Assembly (NCBI RefSeq): GCF_004376175.1
Contig: NZ_SNUY01000012.1
Coordinates: forward strand, 1 to 32,000
DNA: 32,000 nt
Source of the DNA: Halalkalibacterium halodurans
GTDB lineage: Bacteria > Bacillota > Bacilli > Bacillales > Bacillaceae_D
Direction: 5' to 3'
The notes below the pieces were generated by a model. That model saw only the letters and a list, made by a program, of their open reading frames with translations, made no database searches and had not been told where the DNA came from. This document shows, one piece after another, positions 1 to 10,343 of the stretch (within the stretch, counting starts at the first letter, position 1; every line of letters starts with the position of its first letter). A program made the translations under genes and the position numbers.

Positions 1-166
1 AATCACCAAGCCATGTAGTTACCGAAGAGAGATCAGTTATCCAAAGCTTTTTAATTACTGGCCAATCCTTATTAACAAGGGTAAGAATGCCGCCAGAATA
101 ATGGGCATTTAACTGATTTAGAACGAAGTTTTGATAAGTTTCGTGTGCAATAAACGTTGGTTTCAT
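1..166 (-). CDS. hypothetical protein, 5' part only (continues past the window start)
   Basis: Reverse-strand ORF open to the window edge. ATG at 166-164 has GAGGTG 5 nt upstream. It reads MKPTFIAHETYQNFVLNQLNAHYSGGILTLVNKDWPVIKKLWITDLSSVTTWLGD without stops. No family recognised. Confidence 0.35.
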   Translation of the reverse strand, partial: MKPTFIAHETYQNFVLNQLNAHYSGGILTLVNKDWPVIKKLWITDLSSVTTWLGD

Positions 167-308
167 TTTGGCACCTCAATCACAAGTAGTAAGGGAAAAT
201 AATCCCTTCACCGGCGATTATTGTGGTGTTTTTGAAAAGTCAAGTGTTTCTTGTCGAATTCGAGAAAATATTTTGATAATTAATTTCCAGTTTTAAAAAA
301 TGAACATT

Positions 309-336
309 AAAAAATCCCACCTAAAATAGGAGGGAT
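309..336 (-). terminator. putative intrinsic terminator downstream of the uvsE fragment
   Basis: Read on the - strand: stem 328-336 pairs with 314-322 (ATCCCTCCT/AGGTGGGAT, one mismatch), followed by a T6 run (A6 at 309-314 on +). Confidence 0.45.
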
Positions 337-397
337 GAAATAAATTGGTTTGAGGAAAATCCTTGAACCACAAAGCTCGGCGAATGCCGAGAGTCTA

Positions 398-811
398 TTA
401 ATGATATAGGAGGGTTTGCAACGATCGCCTTGTGATCTCCTTTGCCTCACTATTGAGCACAACAAAATGATCAGGGTGAAAGTCGATCCGCATCTGGTGC
501 TCAGAGGCAAATTCTCCTACGGCTTGAAGCTCTTCCGCAATGGCTAACTCGTACTTCCATCCTTCTGTTAAAGGGTGATTCACGAGTGGTACAAGCTTTG
601 AAGAAAGGCGGAAAAATGAAATCTGGTAGGCAAGGTTGTGTTTGAGCAACCTAAGGCAATTGTGCAAGTTCGTTTTGGCAATCCGTTCGAGTTTTCGCAA
701 ACCTGCCTCGTGATCTTCGATTTTTTCAAACTGAGCAGCTGTCATCGTTTTTGATGGTGAGGCATTGGCAAGTTCCATACTCATGGCGACATAGCCGAAT
801 TGAATGCGCAT
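398..811 (-). pseudogene. uvsE: UV damage endonuclease (UvdE/UvsE family), N-terminal fragment only
   Basis: From ATG 811 it reads MRIQFGYVAMSMELANASPSKTMT...FFRLSSKLVPLVNHP...RIDFHPDHFVVLNS. This matches the first ~140 residues of UvsE-type endonucleases, which are roughly 320 aa in B. subtilis. The frame stops after LQTLLYH and no continuation exists in any frame in 167-397. Confidence 0.65.
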
Positions 812-910
812 TCGACCTTCTCCTTCCAATTGACATTTTAAAGTAGGACATCTATAATTTTTTCCGACTTAACTGAATATAGCTTGTCTATCAAGAAAGG
901 GGATAGCTCC

Positions 911-1684
911 TTGAAGTTTGTCACATTTAATCCATTTCGCACGATCGGAATGGCCAACATTCAATATGTAAAGCCTGAACACATGTTTCAGGAAAGGGAA
1001 AAAATCATCGCAGCCGACGTTTGTTTGTTCCCTGAAAATTGGCAAGTGAACGCACTCGTATACGGGATGAAGAAGCCTATTTTCCCAAGCATTCAATCTA
1101 TACAAATGGGCCATAACAAAATAGAAGTTACTCGAGCACTGTGGAGTGTCTGTCCTGAACATGTCCCTTTTACGCTCATCTTAGGGCGAAACCCAGAAAA
1201 CATTGAAAAGGTGCTAAGTACCTTCACGTTTCCTTTTGTGGCAAAAGAATATCGAAGCTCAATGGGTCGAGGCGTTTTTCTCATTCAATCGGCCGAGGAG
1301 TTTTATGAATATGCGGAGCAAAACCCTTACTTTTACGTTCAAGAATACTTACCGATCGAACGCGACCTCCGTATTTGTGTCATCGGTGATGATGTGGTAG
1401 CCGCTTACTGGCGCCAAAGTGATCATCAATTTAAAAACAATGTGGCTCAAGGTGGGGAGATTTTTTTTAATGACGTGCCAGAGGAAGCGATCACCCTCGT
1501 CAAAAAGGTAGCGGCAGACCTAGGAATTGATCATGCAGGATTTGACATTGCCCTAGTCAACGATCACTTTTATTTTCTCGAGTTTAATACATTATTTGGA
1601 AATCAAGGCTTGCACATGCTCGATGTCCCAATCGTGAAACGAATCGAAGCGTACGTTAAGAAGCGTTATCATCAGGAATCGTAA
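911..1684 (+). CDS. ATP-grasp domain protein (RimK-like ligase family)
   Basis: ORF 884-1684. The likely start is TTG 911, with AAAGGGGA 7 nt upstream. The C-terminal half carries ATP-grasp signatures: YVQEYLPIERDLRICVIGD..AAYWR...FKNNVAQGG...GIDHAGFDIAL...FYFLEFN. Confidence 0.7.
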   Translation: MKFVTFNPFRTIGMANIQYVKPEHMFQEREKIIAADVCLFPENWQVNALVYGMKKPIFPSIQSIQMGHNKIEVTRALWSVCPEHVPFTLILGRNPENIEKVLSTFTFPFVAKEYRSSMGRGVFLIQSAEEFYEYAEQNPYFYVQEYLPIERDLRICVIGDDVVAAYWRQSDHQFKNNVAQGGEIFFNDVPEEAITLVKKVAADLGIDHAGFDIALVNDHFYFLEFNTLFGNQGLHMLDVPIVKRIEAYVKKRYHQES

Positions 1685-2081
1685 ACGTGATCGTTTCCTC
1701 AAGTCCGTAGGGCGCTTGGTCATTTTGTAAGACTTCAACCGTTAATTCATGCTTCCCGGGGTTCAGTCCCCGGACAACGAATCCTTTATGAAAAAGAGCA
1801 CCGACAAATTCTCCATCCACATAGACTCGTAAATGCCCTTCGCCCTCGTGGTGAGGGGTGCCTACGTGTTCCTGCGATAGTTTAAACCCATCCAACATGC
1901 ATTCCACATACACCTCGTCCCCCTTCACTTCATAGCGTACTTCCAATTCATATTCCTCTTGTCCTGATGTGACAGAGATAACGCCAAGACTCTGCATCGG
2001 TTCAATTGATATGGTGCTTGTCCCATCAGCTATTCCAGAAAAGGATAAGTATCCAACAAGAAAGAAAAGTAAAACACGCAT
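1656..2081 (-). CDS. secreted hypothetical protein with N-terminal signal peptide
   Basis: ATG 2081 is preceded by GGGAGTG 6 nt upstream. The hydrophobic N-terminus is MRVLLFFLVGYLSFSG, and the rest is hydrophilic and beta-rich. No family recognised. The 3' end overlaps the convergent ATP-grasp gene by 29 nt. Confidence 0.5.
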   Translation of the reverse strand: MRVLLFFLVGYLSFSGIADGTSTISIEPMQSLGVISVTSGQEEYELEVRYEVKGDEVYVECMLDGFKLSQEHVGTPHHEGEGHLRVYVDGEFVGALFHKGFVVRGLNPGKHELTVEVLQNDQAPYGLEETITFTIPDDNAS

Positions 2082-2171
2082 CCAAATCACTCCCGAAAAA
2101 TTCCTTTGATTGCCTATAGTATTAGTCTGATTGCGAGAATTATGTATAACGGGCGACGGAAAGGCCTTGAG

Positions 2172-2405
2172 CTACCCCCTTGTCGCCCGAAGCATTTCGA
2201 TTAACATCATGATCATACCTAGGTTTTTCTGAACGCGATCAACACGTTGGCCAAAGGTTCGACCAAAAAAGTAGTTAGCTTCTTTTTGTAATTCGGCTAG
2301 CTGTTGGGGATCTCTGCTTAATCGCCGATACCAAATCGGATGCTGGCGGCAAAAACGTTTTAACTCAGGGTTTGTTTCCATAACGTGTATTACTTCACGT
2401 CTCAT
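2172..2405 (-). CDS. YlbE-like small protein
   Basis: 77-aa ORF containing HPIWYRRLSR. Its size and its position next to a YlbD-like gene fit the B. subtilis ylbD-ylbE pair. The assignment rests on remembered family features and synteny. Confidence 0.5.
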   Translation of the reverse strand: MRREVIHVMETNPELKRFCRQHPIWYRRLSRDPQQLAELQKEANYFFGRTFGQRVDRVQKNLGMIMMLIEMLRATRG

Positions 2406-2426
2406 ACGACACTCTCCTTCATACCG

Positions 2427-2846
2427 TTAATCCCGGCGAAACGAAAAAGGATGGTCCTGATCTGACGCCCTACCTTGCCCTCCTGGCTGCTGGAACGATT
2501 GGATCAGTTTTTGTACATTACCAATGACTTCGCTAAATTGCGCAAGATGCCCTTGCAATTCATTCATATTGATGTTTTTCACAAGTTGAAGCAGCTGTCC
2601 GGTGGATTCTTGTTTTTCACCCGTCTTTTCAGCTGGCTGCTCTTCAACCTCTGAATCGGTAGCAACCTCCTCTTGCTTCTTATACGCCTTCCACTTCTCA
2701 TGATCTTCTCCGAGAATCATCCACTCCTCATACACTTCTTGTAGCGGCCTGTTTGATTGTTTTATTTCTCGGATAAGCAATGGATGCTCCTGAACAAACT
2801 TTTTGAACTCCGCGACACTTGGATGGAGACGAGATTCTTTACTCAT
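2427..2846 (-). CDS. YlbD-like protein (putative spore-coat associated family)
   Basis: ORF 2427-2870. The likely start is ATG 2846 (MSKESRLHPSVAEFKKFVQEHPLLIREIK). It has an acidic central region. Syntenic with ylbD. Confidence 0.5.
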   Translation of the reverse strand: MSKESRLHPSVAEFKKFVQEHPLLIREIKQSNRPLQEVYEEWMILGEDHEKWKAYKKQEEVATDSEVEEQPAEKTGEKQESTGQLLQLVKNINMNELQGHLAQFSEVIGNVQKLIQSFQQPGGQGRASDQDHPFSFRRD

Positions 2847-2995
2847 AAGACATCTACCTTTCCTTTCCAACCCTCTTATTTATAGAATAGGGAAATGCCT
2901 AGTCCAATGTGCGCCCAATTCTCGTTGGCCTGTCCATCAATCCTTGGTAAAATAAAGAGGAAAAATGATCAATAAGGGAAAAATGAGGCGATTTT

Positions 2996-3502
2996 ATGGA
3001 CAAACGACTGCAGCAAGATCGAATCGTGGACAAAATGGAGCGTTTTTTGTCCACCGCGAATGAAGAGGAAAAGGACGTTTTATCGTCTATCGTTGATGGG
3101 CTTCTCGCCAAGCAAGAAAGGCGGTACGCGACATACCTTGCAAGCCTTACACAGATAGAAAGTCAAGAGCGAGAAGATGGTCGATTTGAAGTGAGGTTAC
3201 CTATCGGACCGCTCGTAAACAACCCGCTAAATATGGTTCATGGGGGAATCACAGCGACATTATTAGATACGGCGATGGGACAAATGGTCAACAGGCAACT
3301 TCCAGACGGCCAATCGGCTGTTACGAGTGAGTTAAACATTCATTACGTGAAACCAGGGATGGGCACCTATTTACAAGCTGTTGCATCGATCGTTCACCAA
3401 GGAAAACAGCGAATCGTCGTAGAGGGAAAAGTATACACCGACCAGGGGGAAACCGTCGCCATGGGTACAGGATCTTTTTTTGTTCTGCGGAGCCGTGGAT
3501 GA
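2996..3502 (+). CDS. PaaI/4HBT-family hotdog-fold thioesterase
   Basis: 168-aa ORF with the PaaI-type motif NPLNMVHGGITATLLDTAMG and a C-terminal beta-sheet region. Confidence 0.75.
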   Translation: MDKRLQQDRIVDKMERFLSTANEEEKDVLSSIVDGLLAKQERRYATYLASLTQIESQEREDGRFEVRLPIGPLVNNPLNMVHGGITATLLDTAMGQMVNRQLPDGQSAVTSELNIHYVKPGMGTYLQAVASIVHQGKQRIVVEGKVYTDQGETVAMGTGSFFVLRSRG

Positions 3503-3512
3503 GTTATAACGC

Positions 3513-3539
3513 AAAAAAAAGCGGGATTTCCCGCTTTTT

Positions 3540-3541
<2 letters not shown>
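3513..3541. terminator. bidirectional intrinsic terminator between the convergent thioesterase and metY genes
   Basis: GC stem GCGGG/CCCGC (3521-3525 with 3530-3534), flanked by A8 (3513-3520) and T7 (3535-3541). Confidence 0.65.
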
Positions 3542-4910
<1,369 letters not shown>

Positions 4911-4926
4911 TTATTGACTAAAATCG

Positions 4927-4963
4927 TCAAAAAGGAAACTCGCCGATCGGCAAGTTTCCTTTT
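4927..4963 (-). terminator. intrinsic terminator after the CAP-domain gene
   Basis: 14-bp stem 4949-4962 with 4931-4944 (AAAGGAAACTTGCC/GGCGAGTTTCCTTT on the - strand, with G-U pairs), followed by a T run. Confidence 0.6.
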
Positions 4964-4978
4964 CATGTACTTCTTTTT

Positions 4979-6070
4979 TTAATGGCGCAAATGTTCATCC
5001 CATGGGACTAAAAAATTTTGTGTATAATATTTTTCAAACACACCGACACCTAGATGGGTAAATTCATCACTTAATAAAGGAACACGGTGTCCTTCACTAT
5101 TGAGCCATCCCTCTACTGCAGCTGCTCCGTCTACATAATGAGCAGCAATGTTTTCTCCTAACATCCGAAAGAGAATACTTTCGTCCTCAAACCGGTCTCT
5201 TAACTCTCCAGTTGTCGGTGAAGTATGGGAAAAGTACTCATTTTCCGCCATATCACGGCTATGCATGTACGCAACATTCGCAGCAGCCTCATCCCATTCA
5301 TAGGCTGGTAAATCATGACGATGGCGAATGACATTTGTAATATCAAAGATTTGCTGGGCGTTCCCTTGTTCGATTCTTTCTTGAATCTCTGGTGAGGGCA
5401 CTTCATACTCTGGGAGCTCGCCGCGATAAATAATTGAATATGGCCGTTCAAGCAAGAGCGTTTCACCATCTAAAAATCGAATACTCGATAATGTATCTTC
5501 AAACGTATCGAAATAGAGCACCGCATATCCATTACTATATTCGACCAATGGTCTCATCTTGACATCAGAATCGGATAACTCAAACTGATAAGATTGGCCA
5601 TTCGCTTCAAAGTTCACGCGGTTTTCAAATGTGAACTGATGGCCTAAATCATCATATGATGCTCCTAACTCCAATTTCTCCAACCCTAAATCAGAGCCCG
5701 TTAAAAGCAAGGTGACGACAGCTTCATCCTCCACACCCACTTGCATATATTGACCTTCTTGCATAGGATAAATCCACCAATCATACCCGTATGCCGAAGG
5801 GTCTCTTCGCGTTGGCTCTCCAACGAGGTCAACTAACTCTTCACTGGTCATCCCGAGATAAATTCCATCAATCGTTCCTTCAGGCACAAGCATCGGTTCT
5901 TCTTCCTCTGCTTCATCTGCCTCTCCATCCCATGCAATCGTCTCTTGCGCTTCTGTTTCTTCTTTTGTCTTTTCTTCCAATACTTCGTCTTGTTCCGTGT
6001 AAATCATCGCTTCTATATAATAAATAGTCCCTGCTAGTACGATAAATAAAAGAAAGACTAGTTTTTTCAT
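4979..6070 (-). CDS. secreted CAP/SCP-domain protein (YlbC-like)
   Basis: ORF 4979-6139. The likely start is ATG 6070 (MKKLVFLLFIVLAG signal peptide) with a GGGAGAGGGGG SD region. It has an acidic linker. The C-terminal CAP domain contains YMHSRDMAENEYFSHTSP...GENIA...GWLNSEGHR. Confidence 0.7.
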   Translation of the reverse strand: MKKLVFLLFIVLAGTIYYIEAMIYTEQDEVLEEKTKEETEAQETIAWDGEADEAEEEEPMLVPEGTIDGIYLGMTSEELVDLVGEPTRRDPSAYGYDWWIYPMQEGQYMQVGVEDEAVVTLLLTGSDLGLEKLELGASYDDLGHQFTFENRVNFEANGQSYQFELSDSDVKMRPLVEYSNGYAVLYFDTFEDTLSSIRFLDGETLLLERPYSIIYRGELPEYEVPSPEIQERIEQGNAQQIFDITNVIRHRHDLPAYEWDEAAANVAYMHSRDMAENEYFSHTSPTTGELRDRFEDESILFRMLGENIAAHYVDGAAAVEGWLNSEGHRVPLLSDEFTHLGVGVFEKYYTQNFLVPWDEHLRH

Positions 6071-6207
6071 TTTCGTTCCCCCTCTCCCTTTACATTTTCT
6101 TGATGTGACTCTCTTTTCCTTTGTAATAGCTTGCCACATTTTTACCCATTCTGTCGATGAAGAACACTTGCCAATCGGCGAGTCCCACCGTTTGATCCCA
6201 TATAAGA

Positions 6208-6238
6208 TAAAAAAAGCACCTGAACAGTTCAGATGCTT
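6208..6238 (-). terminator. intrinsic terminator after the CBS-domain gene
   Basis: Stem 6227-6237 with 6215-6225. One pair is G-U only when read on the - strand. It is followed on that strand by a T7 run (A-run 6209-6215 on +). Confidence 0.55.
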
Positions 6239-6254
6239 TTATAACAACGTTTTC

Positions 6255-6683
6255 TTAATGATAGACGTTTGACGGCTCCGAAATTTCAGAAAGGGCAATT
6301 CCTGCCTGATGATCAGAAGAATCGCGAACAGCCAAATCACCGAGAGAACAAATGCCGACAAGACGATTGTTTTCAACGACTGGAAGACGGCGAATTTGCT
6401 TTGTCGCCATTAGTTTGGCCGCTTCTTGAACAGTCATATCTGGAGTCGCTGTCACGAGGTGCTCACTCATTACCTCTTTGACCGGTGTGGAATTTGGTTT
6501 TTTCTTCGCAACACTTCGGATCACAATGTCACGATCCGTAACCATTCCTAAAAGTTGCTCTTCTTCACAAATGGGAACCGCCCCTACGTTATCTCGCTCC
6601 ATTTTTACCGCAACTTCGAAAATATTGTCATCAGGTGAACAGTAATCAACATCTGTCGTCATGACATCGCGAATATGTTCCAT
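6255..6683 (-). CDS. CBS-domain pair protein (YlbB-like)
   Basis: ORF 6255-6725. The likely start is ATG 6683 (MEHIRDVMTTDV) with an AAAGGAGG SD. It contains two CBS repeats (..VGAVPI..GMVTDRDIV.. and ..IRRLPVV..LVGICSLGDLA..). Confidence 0.8.
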   Translation of the reverse strand: MEHIRDVMTTDVDYCSPDDNIFEVAVKMERDNVGAVPICEEEQLLGMVTDRDIVIRSVAKKKPNSTPVKEVMSEHLVTATPDMTVQEAAKLMATKQIRRLPVVENNRLVGICSLGDLAVRDSSDHQAGIALSEISEPSNVYH

Positions 6684-6857
6684 ACGATTTCCTCCTTTTG
6701 ATTGGTTCAATGTTACTGTTTGCACAACGATTGTTTTTCATACATACTTTTTCCTTTGTCCATAAAACATTCATGAATCATCCGTTGCATCTTAAGCGTA
6801 TTCATACTATCATTAGATGAGGAAATCTGGTCATGTTGTTAAAAAGGAGGACTTTAC

Positions 6858-7208
6858 GTGAAATTTGAACAGTTTCAGTTTGAAGGACGCGAAGTACGAT
6901 TTGAAAGCTTGCGTCATGCTGCTGAATCAGCGGGCTTTATACATGCTGGTCAATGGGATTATGAACGAGTGACATTTGATTTAAAAATTGTCCATCAAGA
7001 GGACATTTATTATCTTCGTGTCCCAGCCTATGCGATCAAAGGAGACATCCCTCATGATGATTGCGTTGTACGAATGCTCACCCCGATTCTCGGCAAACAT
7101 TATTACCCTCACGGTGTAGAATACGATGGCGAGGACTTTCCTGAACCAATCGTCAATCGCTGTACAAAAAAGCTCGAACAAATCAAAGCGAATCTTGACA
7201 GTGAATAG
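6858..7208 (+). CDS. YugN-like family protein (YlbA-like)
   Basis: GTG 6858 has an AAGGAGG SD 7 nt upstream. The 116-aa product (FEGREVRF..FIHAGQWDYERVTFD..YYLRVPAY..) and its position next to the CBS gene match B. subtilis ylbA. Confidence 0.6.
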   Translation: MKFEQFQFEGREVRFESLRHAAESAGFIHAGQWDYERVTFDLKIVHQEDIYYLRVPAYAIKGDIPHDDCVVRMLTPILGKHYYPHGVEYDGEDFPEPIVNRCTKKLEQIKANLDSE

Positions 7209-7237
7209 GAACGATACATAGTCCTGTCTAAACGTAA

Positions 7238-7273
7238 AGAGACGTGTCATCCTCAGGGATGCTCGTCTTTTTT
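7238..7273 (+). terminator. intrinsic terminator after the YugN-like gene
   Basis: Two-part stem: 7240-7244 with 7264-7268 and 7248-7252 with 7257-7261. It is followed by T6 (7268-7273). Confidence 0.55.
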
Positions 7274-7544
7274 CAATCATCTTCATTTTCGTTGGGATCT
7301 CTTTCATCTCCTAGTTCTTTTACCCATGTTATAGTGCATAGGTTCTAGAAATAACGATCTTTAATGGGGGCCATTTCGGACTTTAAATACGGTAACAGGC
7401 AATCTACGTTCCACCGCTCACCCCTCACATGAATCGTCTGACAATCCCTTAAGATTCAATGAAAAACGAATCGTCCTACTGTTCAATCAACGTGTCCCAT
7501 ACTATAATAAAAGGTAGTTGTTTTTTTCAGAGAGGAGCTTGAAA

Positions 7545-7846
7545 TTGTCTGCCATCTTTACGAAACGTAATGTGCTTATCGCGTTAACCATTCTCATCCT
7601 AGTGATTGCTGCCTACTTCATTTTACCTGTTTCTCTTCCACTTGTTGCAGCATTAATCACAGCTATGATTCTCTCACCTGCAGTTCATTATCTTCATGTG
7701 AAGACGAAGCTCAAACGAAATTTCTCTGTCATGGTCGTGTTCACGCTCTTCGTCTGCCTCATTGGTTTATGTGGCTATTATGTTGTCACAACAGTTATTA
7801 CGCAAGGGGTTACGATTGTTGAAAATATTCCCCAATATATTAATGA
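7545..7846 (+). pseudogene. AI-2E family transporter / YtvI-like integral membrane protein, 5' part (interrupted by IS)
   Basis: TTG 7545 has a GAGAGGAG SD 7 nt upstream. The multi-TM N-terminus is LPVSLPLVAALITAMILSP... The frame runs into the IS terminal repeat and stops 11 nt inside it. Confidence 0.8.
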
Positions 7847-7860
7847 CCTGAATCCGTGAT
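7842..7860. repeat. target-site duplication AATGA (7842-7846) plus IS1380-type terminal inverted repeat CCTGAATCCGTGAT (7847-7860)
   Basis: This is the exact reverse complement of 9443-9456. The same AATGA pentamer follows the other end at 9457-9461. Confidence 0.85.
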
Positions 7861-9456
7861 AAAAAGCAGTGGTTCCATCGATTTTGATAAATCCTAATTT
7901 TCTTTCATTTCATTGCTTTTTAAGTTAAATACGTTCGTTTTTGAGTACACCAAATAAAACCTGCTCAGACATTTTTTTACAGGTCTTATTATCTATTCAG
8001 TTTCCTAGACTTATGTCGAAAATGAAAGATACAGACGCTTAAAAGTGGAAAACCAAGGACTATAGTTCCCGAATTTTAAGTAAACTTTCCGAGAGTGCTT
8101 AACAACTTTTGATGCCAGTGTAATTAAGTTCTGGATTACTGTTTTTACACGGCGACGAAAAACCTTTCTTTTAAGTGGTGCATCTCCTGATTTTAGGCTT
8201 TCTTGGCCAATAACCCGAAGGAGATTGTAGGTTAAACACCCAAGATGTAAGATCAATTCATTGGTGGCAAATTTACCCGAAGGAAAACGTTCTAGGTCTA
8301 AATCTGTTTTTAATTCACTGTGGAATTGTTCACAAGTGCCATGTTCGTGATATAGGCCAATTATTTCCTCTGTTTCATTAGGTAGGCTAGTCCAATAGCT
8401 CTCAAACTCAACATCTGGGACTAAGAGGATTTGTCCGTTTTTATCGATTGTCCTTTCCGTTACCTTATAAACTTGGCGAATGGCTTTTTTCATTCCCTTT
8501 GGAGTTGTTTCTAAAGCACCATAGAATACACGTTTTCCTTCTCGCTCCTGAACGCATTTGCCGAATTGTTCGGCTACCATGAGCCAGTTTTCGGGCTTTT
8601 CACGGCGAGGGTTTCGTTTAATTATAAAATCGGCCTTTTCATTGACACAAACTTTTAGATTTTCGACACTATCGTTTCCTGCGTCCATACGGACTAGTAA
8701 CGATAGGTCCGTAATCATCCGAGAATAGTTAATACTGTTCTCAAGAAATTTCTCAGTATCCTTTTGAACGTGTGTGCTTCCTTCCCGAAGTTCCATATTT
8801 ACAACGTAGCCTTCTAGACCTAAATAGGAAAAGTTAGGGGAATATCCATCACATCCTTTGTATGTGCGACTAACCCCTTCTTTCTTGGTATTTGAGTTAT
8901 CAAATGGCGATACATCAATATCTAAAGGCACGTATGTTTTTTTATCACTAGTTACTGTTGGAGTGACAGGAGAATCAAATTGCCGTATTAGTTTAGCCGA
9001 TTCTTCTAGAACAATGGATTTCCATCCAGTCACCTTGGCAATTTGATCGAGACGTTGCCGTAGTGTGGGACTTGATGGAACCAATTTAATATCCAATGCA
9101 CGATAAAAGAAGGGATCGTCTCGAAATTGTTCGATATGGTCGAAATCATTCTTACCTTGACACAATAGACCCACATAAGAAGTGGTAACATCACCATTAA
9201 GAATCTTCGGAGATGACTTAATTTCTGGAACCTTCAAGGATGAAAAACGTTTGTGAAACTTTGTCTTTGATAAAAGCAAACCTATTAAACCAAGACCTGA
9301 ATGGGTCGTCAATGTATCATCGGAATTTTCTAATATAAACTTAACCAATTTCTACACCTGCCTGGTGAAATAAAATTATCAACATAAATCAGCTGATAAC
9401 ATTATTATAACAGGCTTTGGAGGCAATGTTGGAAATGATTTCATCACGGATTCAGG
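7847..9456 (-). mobile_element. IS1380-family insertion sequence, complete copy
   Basis: Perfect 14-bp terminal IRs begin with CC (17 of 18 if extended). It has a 5-bp direct target duplication and a single 445-aa transposase ORF. Removing the element restores the host reading frame. Confidence 0.85.
8011..9348 (-). CDS. IS1380-family DDE transposase
   Basis: The 445-aa product shares the layout of ISEcp1-type transposases: N-terminal LTTHSGLGLIGLLL, central YKGCDGYSPNF and LLVRMDAGNDS, and a C-terminal motif LYHEHGTCEQFHSELKTDL...FATNE...LTYNLLRVIG (compare ISEcp1 YYEKRGNAENYIKEAKYDM...WANEA...LSYNLFLLF). Confidence 0.85.
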   Translation of the reverse strand: MVKFILENSDDTLTTHSGLGLIGLLLSKTKFHKRFSSLKVPEIKSSPKILNGDVTTSYVGLLCQGKNDFDHIEQFRDDPFFYRALDIKLVPSSPTLRQRLDQIAKVTGWKSIVLEESAKLIRQFDSPVTPTVTSDKKTYVPLDIDVSPFDNSNTKKEGVSRTYKGCDGYSPNFSYLGLEGYVVNMELREGSTHVQKDTEKFLENSINYSRMITDLSLLVRMDAGNDSVENLKVCVNEKADFIIKRNPRREKPENWLMVAEQFGKCVQEREGKRVFYGALETTPKGMKKAIRQVYKVTERTIDKNGQILLVPDVEFESYWTSLPNETEEIIGLYHEHGTCEQFHSELKTDLDLERFPSGKFATNELILHLGCLTYNLLRVIGQESLKSGDAPLKRKVFRRRVKTVIQNLITLASKVVKHSRKVYLKFGNYSPWFSTFKRLYLSFST

Positions 9457-9461
9457 AATGA
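9443..9461. repeat. IS1380-type terminal inverted repeat ATCACGGATTCAGG (9443-9456) plus target-site duplication AATGA (9457-9461)
   Basis: Partner of 7842-7860. Confidence 0.85.
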
Positions 9462-10218
9462 TATTAACAGAGCTTGGCTCCTGTTTCAGCGAGATTTGGA
9501 ACACCGGTATGAAGATTTACCACCAGAATTTGTTTATGAAATTAACCTACAAGTGACCGATACGTTAAACAAACTGCGGCAAGACTTAGCAGACCGTGAT
9601 TGGATCGGTGATATCACATCGCTCGTTACAAGTGTCCCAGGCTATCTAGTCACCATTATCGTCTATTTAATCGCGTTATTTTTGTTTATGTTGGAACTGC
9701 CACGACTAAAAGAAAAAGTCTATTCCTACCTTTCTGAAAAAACACAGGATAAAGTGTCGTTTATGTCCTCACGTCTATCCTATGTGGTTTCAGGGTTTAT
9801 CAAGGCGCAGTTTCTCGTGAGTATTATCATTTTTGTCGTTTCGTTAGTCGGCCTGCTTCTTATCGTTCCTGAATATGCACTACTCATGGCATTCGTCATC
9901 TGGATCATCGATTTTATTCCGATTATCGGTTCGATTGCGATTTTAGGTCCGTGGGCCTTGTTTCAGCTAATCGCCGGAAATGTCGCAGTCGGAACACAAC
10001 TTCTTATCTTAGCAGCGATTCTTTTAATCATCCGCCGTACAGTCGAGCCTAAAGTGATGGGGCAGCATATTGGTTTGTCCCCCCTTGCGACGCTTATTGC
10101 CATGTACATCGGTCTCATGCTGTTTGGCGTTGTCGGTTTTATTGTCGGTCCATTAATTGTCATTGCCTTTCAATCAGCCAAAGAAGCTGGCATCATTAAG
10201 TTGAATTTTAAATTATAA
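9457..10218 (+). pseudogene. AI-2E family transporter / YtvI-like protein, 3' part
   Basis: It is in frame with 7545-7846 once the IS and one TSD copy are removed (..QYIND-INRAWLLFQRDLEHRYEDLPPEF..). The C-terminal family signature is VEPKVMGQHIGLSPLATLIAMYIGLMLFGVVGFIVGP. The restored product would be about 352 aa. Confidence 0.8.
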
Positions 10219-10249
10219 GGAGCATTCCTGTAATGAAGAAATTTGAGGA

Positions 10250-10279
10250 TTGAACAAAAAAGAGCCCTCTTGGTATGAT
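10250..10279 (+). promoter_or_regulatory. putative sigma-A promoter with extended -10 for the IS110 recombinase
   Basis: TTGAAC (10250-10255), an 18-nt spacer ending in TGg, then TATGAT (10274-10279). It lies about 65 nt upstream of the ATG. Confidence 0.45.
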
Positions 10280-10343
10280 ACGAGGTGTCCAAAGCTTCGA
10301 AGCAAAAATGGACCCTTAAATTAGTAACCAAGGAGGACTCGTA

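Noticed and set aside
1656-1684. 29-nt tail-to-tail overlap of the ATP-grasp gene and the secreted-protein gene, considered as a possible antisense regulatory arrangement.
   Set aside because: Short convergent overlaps are common. There is no terminator or additional structure, and nothing beyond the overlap itself supports regulation.
2879-2893. Exact 15-mer TTTATAGAATAGGGA shared with 29508-29522.
   Set aside because: About one chance 15-mer match is expected in a 32-kb window on both strands, and more for AT-rich words. Similarity does not extend on either side.
10232-10252. Mini-ORF ATG AAG AAA TTT GAG GAT TGA with a strong AAGGAG SD 7 nt upstream, right after the YtvI-like stop.
   Set aside because: It is only 6 codons. 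Under the junction model the ATG is created across the host/IS boundary, so it is most likely fortuitous.
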